DNA of 40,747 nucleotides from Candidatus Undinarchaeota archaeon. GTDB lineage: Archaea; SpSt-1190; JASMDC01. Positions 35,350 through 40,747 of this stretch are shown piece after piece; position 1 is the first letter of the stretch; each line of letters begins with the position of its first letter. The DNA is taken from contig CAZFHY010000026.1 in the NCBI GenBank assembly GCA_964519305.1, forward strand, positions 1 through 40,747, read 5' to 3'. The translations under genes and the position numbers were made by a program. A model generated the notes under the pieces. That model made no database searches. It saw nothing but the letters and a program-made list of their open reading frames with translations, and had not been told where the DNA came from.

Positions 35350-35497
35350 GCAACTGGTGCTGGTCGTGGTCGTGCTCACCCTCGTGCTCAACCTGTACAC
35401 CCTGACCGAGCTCAGGAAGCATGAGCCCAAGGTGCCGGCCACACTTCCTTCGAACTGTGGGCATTCCGGCATTGTCTGCCAGCCGCAACGGCCGTGA
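35330..35497 (+). CDS. Minimal MDDRTLL-leader protein (55 aa)
   Basis: Hand translation: MDDRTLLQLVLVVVVLTLVLNLYTLTELRKHEPKVPATLPSNCGHSGIVCQPQRP; below the ORF-track size cut-off. Confidence 0.7.
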   Translation: MDDRTLLQLVLVVVVLTLVLNLYTLTELRKHEPKVPATLPSNCGHSGIVCQPQRP

Positions 35498-35588
35498 CCT
35501 CACGGTGACCTGGTATCCGGTCCCTGCGGGCGCGTGACCGGCCCGGAAGGGTAGGGTTGAAAAAGCTGTCCGCCCACTGAAAGCAGGG

Positions 35589-37916
35589 ATGGGCGCAGCC
35601 GGAGACGTCACGGACCCCCCGGCAACGGAGGACCGTCTCCGCCTTGCCGTCCTGACCATGGGCCTCAGCGGCCTGGTCGCCCAGATGATGCTCCTGCGCG
35701 AGCTTTTAGTCGTCTTTTCCGGCAACGAGCTCTCCATCGGCATCGTGCTCGCCAACTGGCTCGTCCTCGAGGCGGCCGGCTGCTTCATCCTGGGGAAGCG
35801 GGCCGAGCGGACCAAAGACACTGCCGGTACGTTCGCTGCCGTCACCATCGTGTTCACCGTATCCCTGTTCGCAGCGCTCTATGCGACCCGCGTCCTGAAA
35901 CCCGTCCTCGGCGTGTCCATCGGCGAGACCATCGGTTTCCTGTCGATGCTCTGGTCGTCGTTCCTCGTCCTCCTGCCCGTGAGCGTGTCCCACGGTGCAC
36001 TGTTCCCCCTCGGCTGCAGGCTGTTCTCCACGTCCGCCACCACTGACGCGTCCTCTGTCGGCAGGGTCTACGTCTACGAGACGGTGGGCACGATCGCAGG
36101 CGGCATCGTGTGGACGTACCTCCTGATCCCCTACCTCCACGCGTTCCAGATGGCCGCAGGTCTCGCGGTGCTGAACCTCCTGGTCTGCCTCGTCCTGGTC
36201 GCCCCCCGACGGACGCTCACCGCCGTCACCTGCACCCTGCTGCTGGTAGCGGGGTACCTGGCCTTCGCCGGCGGCGCAGACGCGCTCCACGACCGTTCGG
36301 TACGCGCCCAGTGGAGGGACCTGGACATAGTCCACTACCAGAACTCGGTCCACGGCAACATCTGCGTCGCCGAGAACGAGGGACAGTACATATTCTTCCT
36401 GGACGGCATCCCTCAGCTCTTGACCCCCGTCCCCGACATCGTGTTCGTCGAGGAGTTCGTCCACCTCCCGCTCCTGGCGCATCCGGGGCCCGAAAGACTG
36501 CTGGTCCTGAGCGGCGGTGCCGGTGGCGTCATCAACGAGGTGCTCAAGCACCCGTCGGTGGCATCGGTGGACTACGTGGAGCTGGACCCGCTGCTGCTCG
36601 AGCTGGTGCGACGGTTCCCGACACCGCTCACCGAGTCCGAGCTGACCGACCCGAAGGTCAGGGTGGAGCACACCGACGGCCGTCTCTTCCTCAGGACGGT
36701 GCAGGATACGTACGACCTGGTCCTTGTAGGCCTGTCCGACCCGTCCGACCTGCAGACGAACCGGTTCTTCACGCACGAGTTCTTCTCCCTGGTGAGGGAG
36801 CGGCTGGACGACGACGGCATCCTGGTCATCGGCCTGCCCGGCTCGCTATCCTACATGACCGACGAGCTGAAAGACCTCAACGGCTGCATCTTCGCAACGC
36901 TCGCGGACGTGTTCCCGAACGTACGGGTGTTCCCGGGCGACGACGTGAACCTCTTCCTCGCATCACGCTCCGAGGAGGTCCTCCTGCTCGACAGGCAGCG
37001 TCTTGTGGACCGGTCGGGAGAACGGGGCATCAGGACGACCGTGCCCGTCGCACGGCACATCGAGAAGAAGCTGCACCCGCGCTGGCAGGATTGGTTCTCG
37101 GGGTTCATCGAGGGGGGCAGCCGGGAGATCAACCGCGACCTGAGACCCCTGGGGACGTTCTACAGCGTCTCCCACTGGAACGCGCTCTACTCGCCCTACC
37201 TCCGCGGACCGTTCAGGTGGGCCGGGGGGCTGCGTCTGTGGATGTTCGTCGCCCTGTTCCTGGCCGTTATCGGTCTTGTCTTCGTGGTACGGTCCCGGGG
37301 TGTCGACCTTGTCGGCCCGGCCATCCCCCTTTGCATCGCGACGACGGGTTTTGCCGGTATGATGTTCGACCTTGCTCTCATCTTCACGTTCCAATCGGTC
37401 TACGGTCACGTGTTCTCCTGGATCGGGCTCCTGGTCACGTCCTTCATGGCGGGCGCGGCCGCGGGTGCGACGGTGATGACACGGCGCCTGTCGCTGACTG
37501 AGGACCATATGCGGTCCTTCATCACGACCGAGGTGGCGATCATCTGTCTCTCTCTGGTGCTGGGGCTGCTGTTCCACGTGCTCCTCCCCTACCTGGGCGG
37601 ACCCGGCGCGACCGTTCCCGTGAAGATGGTGTTCCTCGTCGTCTCGTTCGTGTGCGGAATCCTGATAGGCGCCCAGTTCCCGCTGGCGAACGAGCTGTAC
37701 CTGAAGGACAAAGAGGACCTGGGTGGGACCGCAGGCACCCTGTACGCAGCGGACCTCGCCGGCGGCTGGCTGGGAGGGATCGTGGGCGGCGTGGTGCTGC
37801 TGCCCGTCCTGGGGCTCGCTGGGAGCTGTGTCGTGGTCGCCCTGCTCAAGACGAGCAGCCTCGTCATCCTGGCCGCCCGGTCCCGTGGACCTCTTGGAGC
37901 GCCATCGGTAACGTGA
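35589..37916 (+). CDS. Fused MFS-like membrane / spermidine synthase-like protein
   Basis: Q..LLRE....F.GNEL TM block, LVLSGGAGG, YVELDP, DGR.FL, C-terminal TM block with LYAADL.GG. Confidence 0.9.
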   Translation: MGAAGDVTDPPATEDRLRLAVLTMGLSGLVAQMMLLRELLVVFSGNELSIGIVLANWLVLEAAGCFILGKRAERTKDTAGTFAAVTIVFTVSLFAALYATRVLKPVLGVSIGETIGFLSMLWSSFLVLLPVSVSHGALFPLGCRLFSTSATTDASSVGRVYVYETVGTIAGGIVWTYLLIPYLHAFQMAAGLAVLNLLVCLVLVAPRRTLTAVTCTLLLVAGYLAFAGGADALHDRSVRAQWRDLDIVHYQNSVHGNICVAENEGQYIFFLDGIPQLLTPVPDIVFVEEFVHLPLLAHPGPERLLVLSGGAGGVINEVLKHPSVASVDYVELDPLLLELVRRFPTPLTESELTDPKVRVEHTDGRLFLRTVQDTYDLVLVGLSDPSDLQTNRFFTHEFFSLVRERLDDDGILVIGLPGSLSYMTDELKDLNGCIFATLADVFPNVRVFPGDDVNLFLASRSEEVLLLDRQRLVDRSGERGIRTTVPVARHIEKKLHPRWQDWFSGFIEGGSREINRDLRPLGTFYSVSHWNALYSPYLRGPFRWAGGLRLWMFVALFLAVIGLVFVVRSRGVDLVGPAIPLCIATTGFAGMMFDLALIFTFQSVYGHVFSWIGLLVTSFMAGAAAGATVMTRRLSLTEDHMRSFITTEVAIICLSLVLGLLFHVLLPYLGGPGATVPVKMVFLVVSFVCGILIGAQFPLANELYLKDKEDLGGTAGTLYAADLAGGWLGGIVGGVVLLPVLGLAGSCVVVALLKTSSLVILAARSRGPLGAPSVT

Positions 37917-37952
37917 TAAGGATGGACGGACATACTATTCAGAGGAGGAAGA

Positions 37953-39089
37953 ATGGACGATCCCGTTCCTGAAGAGGTCACCCGAAGGGAGATGCTCAGG
38001 AAGCTTGGAATCCTGGGCCTTGGCGTCCTGGGGTGGGGAGTGTATGCGGACCTGTACGGCCCAAAGGGGGGCGATGTCGCCGGTGCGGGAAGGGCAGTCG
38101 TTGCAAGGAACGCCACCATAGGGGAGGCCGAGATAGAGGGCCCTGTCAGAGAACCTGGTTTCCCGGCGTACCTAGAACTCCACGAGTCGGGCGAGCTGGG
38201 AGAACGGGCGGACGACCTCTGGCAGGTCATGGAGGCATGCGAGCTCTGTCCGAGAAGGTGCGGTGTCGACCGTCTGGGAGGGAAGAAGGGGACCTGTCAG
38301 GCCCCCGGCGCGGAGCTCATGATCTCGTCGGCCGGTCCGCACTTCGGCGAGGAACGACCGCTGGTCGGCAGCGGCGGGTCCGGGACGATCTTTATTACCC
38401 ACTGCAACCTGCGATGCGTGTTCTGCCAGAACTCGGAGCTGAGCCATCTGGGCAGGGGCATGGTACGCACCATCGACGAGTTCGCGGGGATGATGCTCAA
38501 TCTCCAGGGGATCGGGTGCCACAACATCAACATCGTCACCCCGACACACTATTCCCCGCACGTCCTCAAGGCCCTCGACGTGGCCGCGGGGGAAGGGCTC
38601 CGCCTGCCGCTCCTGTGGAACACAAGCGGCTGGGAACGGCTCGAGGTCCTGAGGGTCCTCGACGGGGTGGTGGACATCTACCTGCCCGACATCAAGTACT
38701 GGGACAGCGCGATGGCGGCCAAGTACTCGGCAGGGGCGGACACCTATCCCGAGGTCACGAGGAAGGCTCTGCTGGAGATGCACCGCCAGGTCGGCGTGGC
38801 GCACCCTGCAGCGGACGGCGTCATGCAGCGGGGCTTGATGATCCGCCATCTTGTGATGCCGAACGGTGTCAGCGGGTCGGAGAAGGTCATGGAGTGGATC
38901 GCTGAGAACCTCCCGAAGGACACCTATGTCAACATCATGGCCCAGTACCGCCCGGCCTACAAGGCGTACGACTATCCGGAGATATCCAGGGCGGTGACCG
39001 GCGAGGAGTACGTGGACGTCGTCAGCACGGCGAAGGAGGCGGGTCTAACGAACCTCGACGCCCAGGGGTTCTGGTGGATGCAAAGGTAA
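37953..39089 (+). CDS. PflX-like radical SAM protein with N-terminal twin-arginine-like peptide
   Basis: CELCPRRC, HFGEE, CNLRCVFCQN, HNIN.VTP, DIYLPD.KY, IRHLVMP; N-terminal TRREMLR plus hydrophobic stretch. Confidence 0.9.
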   Translation: MDDPVPEEVTRREMLRKLGILGLGVLGWGVYADLYGPKGGDVAGAGRAVVARNATIGEAEIEGPVREPGFPAYLELHESGELGERADDLWQVMEACELCPRRCGVDRLGGKKGTCQAPGAELMISSAGPHFGEERPLVGSGGSGTIFITHCNLRCVFCQNSELSHLGRGMVRTIDEFAGMMLNLQGIGCHNINIVTPTHYSPHVLKALDVAAGEGLRLPLLWNTSGWERLEVLRVLDGVVDIYLPDIKYWDSAMAAKYSAGADTYPEVTRKALLEMHRQVGVAHPAADGVMQRGLMIRHLVMPNGVSGSEKVMEWIAENLPKDTYVNIMAQYRPAYKAYDYPEISRAVTGEEYVDVVSTAKEAGLTNLDAQGFWWMQR

Positions 39090-39145
39090 GTGCTGCAGCG
39101 AGGTGGTCTGACCAGATCTTATCCGGAGGCCCGAGAACAGTGATT

Positions 39146-39904
39146 TCAGGTCTTGTACTTGAATTCCTTCTTCAGAGCCTTCACAACGGTGTGGTAATCA
39201 ACGAACTCGTTCGTGAGATGTCCGATGTCCTGTTCCCACATCGAATAGATCTTCCTTGCATTCCTGAAGATACGTTCGATACTGAACTCTTCCTGAGCCT
39301 CTTTGACCTTGCTCCTGACGAGGTCCATATCGATCTTCTTGTTCCTCGAGATTATCATGTAGACGTCGAAGTAGTCTCTTGGCTGGTTCCTTGTTATCAT
39401 TGCACGTACTTTCTCTGCAACAAGCTCGTCCTGGCAGAGTGTCGTGATCGTGAACTCCGGTATCAGTTCATAGAAGTGTGGGACCTTCATTTCTGACGGT
39501 TCGAGGATGACCGAAGCCTTTCTGTTCAGGTCCAGGATCAATGAACTATCCCTCTGGAAATACCCTTTGTAGCGGATTATCATCCGTGTGGAGTCTTCCG
39601 TCATGTTGTCGAAAGAGATGGCAGGAAAGAAGGCCCTGTGGTCCTTCAACATGATTTCTATCTCGTTCTTGATGCTCTGGATATCCCTCGTACATGAGAA
39701 GTCCAGATCCTCGCTCAATCTCTTATGGCAAAGGAATATCTTGTTGAGAGCGGTTCCGCCTTTGAACACGATCCCTTTGATATCCTTGAGATAGAAGAGC
39801 AGCATCGTAAGGAAATAATCCTTCTCCAGATAGATGAGATTGAATCCCTTCTCCCCAGCAAGGTAACGCAACTGGGCTTCGGTCATCCTCTTGAGTTCAG
39901 CCAT
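39146..39904 (-). CDS. AbiEii-family nucleotidyltransferase toxin (type IV TA)
   Basis: EKDY, FKGGTAL, RLSEDLDF, AEK, RD.FD; AT-rich. Confidence 0.92.
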   Translation of the reverse strand: MAELKRMTEAQLRYLAGEKGFNLIYLEKDYFLTMLLFYLKDIKGIVFKGGTALNKIFLCHKRLSEDLDFSCTRDIQSIKNEIEIMLKDHRAFFPAISFDNMTEDSTRMIIRYKGYFQRDSSLILDLNRKASVILEPSEMKVPHFYELIPEFTITTLCQDELVAEKVRAMITRNQPRDYFDVYMIISRNKKIDMDLVRSKVKEAQEEFSIERIFRNARKIYSMWEQDIGHLTNEFVDYHTVVKALKKEFKYKT

Positions 39905-40383
39905 TCTATAACATCCTCCCTCGGCGCGATACGGAACGAATGTCCCTTGACCTTTCTTATCACTGCTCTTTGAAGACCGTTCTTCCTGGTCCGCTTGAAG
40001 ATGATCGTGAAATCAAAGATCGTTCTTTTCCCCTGCCGGTTCATGCACTGGACCTCGATCATCGTCGGTATCTGTTCGATAAGGCCCCAGTAATGGGCAG
40101 CAGCCATTCCGCGGATCACATAATCGTTCCCATCGAACATCTCATCAATGATTATGAAGGGATGCTCGGACCAGTGCCCCCGGAAAGCTCTCACGGGTAT
40201 GAGGTAGTATTTCTCCTTGGTCAGTTTCAGTATCCTTCCCTTCTTCTTCAATCGATGAAGGTAGACGCCAAGATCGTTCTCGTTCTTGAAGAACCGTAGG
40301 ATCTCTTTCCTGGTGAAGAAGGATCTCTCATTGAGCTCAAGATACGAGACTATCTCGATCTCTTTACTTGAGAGTCCTTCCAT
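39883..40383 (-). CDS. AbiEi-family antitoxin / winged-helix regulator
   Basis: LHRL.KKG.I.KL..EKY, AA.YWGL.EQIP; overlaps the toxin gene. Confidence 0.88.
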   Translation of the reverse strand: MEGLSSKEIEIVSYLELNERSFFTRKEILRFFKNENDLGVYLHRLKKKGRILKLTKEKYYLIPVRAFRGHWSEHPFIIIDEMFDGNDYVIRGMAAAHYWGLIEQIPTMIEVQCMNRQGKRTIFDFTIIFKRTRKNGLQRAVIRKVKGHSFRIAPREDVIEWLNSRG

Positions 40384-40599
40384 ATCGCCACACCTAATTT
40401 AATAAAACGTTAATATTAGTGTAGCAAGTTCTATATATTCCTTACGATAATGTGACGTATGGGCTTTCGGATAACGACGGGGGACTTCAGACCGCGATTC
40501 ATGCTCCTGTCGGGCATCTTCTCATCGATAGCGCGCACTGTCTGCTCATCCTCACCGACCTTTATATTCAGGTCGCCGCGTTCCTCGTGCCGACAGCCC

Positions 40600-40746
40600 T
40601 CACTTCTTCTTCCCGAAGAACGCGATGGCGTCCTTGAGCTCGGGGTGGTCCTTGCTGTAGGCCTCGATGGACACGCCCTTCGAGTAGGCCTCGCACGCCT
40701 GGACGAGCGCGGTCGCTCCGGCCTGGGTGCCCTTGGGATGTGCGTG
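40600..40746 (-). CDS. RuBisCO large-subunit family (form III or RLP), C-terminal 48 aa (partial)
   Basis: Hand translation HAHPKGTQAGATALVQACEAYSKGVSIEAYSKDHPELKDAIAFFGKKK matches the H.HP.G..AGA....QA...PEL..A C-terminus. Confidence 0.8.
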   Translation of the reverse strand, partial: HAHPKGTQAGATALVQACEAYSKGVSIEAYSKDHPELKDAIAFFGKKK

Positions 40747-40747
40747 G

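Noticed and set aside
22974-35497. Integron or DGR explanation of the cassette-like region
   Set aside because: No integrase or reverse transcriptase in the window; genes have their own promoters and mixed orientation; no clear attC or TR/VR pair
40485-40555. Possible C/D sRNA on the minus strand (GATGA...CTGA)
   Set aside because: Degenerate boxes, wrong guide spacing, no terminal stem

Overview
GC-rich archaeal genomic DNA. The assignment rests on TATA/BRE promoters about 25 nt before start codons, GGTGA-type ribosome-binding sites, an archaeal tRNA-Gln, trmY, mtrA/mtrH and a RuBisCO-family C-terminus; the lineage cannot be determined from sequence alone. Housekeeping and metabolic genes: a soluble mtrA-mtrH-core methionine synthase operon, a GcvH/lipoyl-carrier, thiI, trmY, hutH, an HI0933 flavoprotein, a G3PDH-like/NADH oxidase/DUF1667 operon, a fused MFS-spermidine synthase, a PflX-like radical SAM protein and a partial rbcL. 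These are interleaved with many Cys-rich surface proteins and TA/defence genes (Fic, RHH-RelE, AbiE). Four patterns stand out. (1) Six ORFs share an 'MDDRTLL...PPAN' leader cassette fused to unrelated payloads, and two of them share a 55-bp promoter+leader direct repeat. (2) A two-copy hairpin RNA with its own promoter and pairing-preserving substitutions lies convergent to two of those genes. (3) Three tandem paralogues of unknown function have a two-copy multi-hairpin element at the ends of their transcription units. (4) Two membrane proteins carry cytoplasmic adaptin-appendage-like and IFT52/GIFT-like domains. All family assignments are by eye and need database confirmation.
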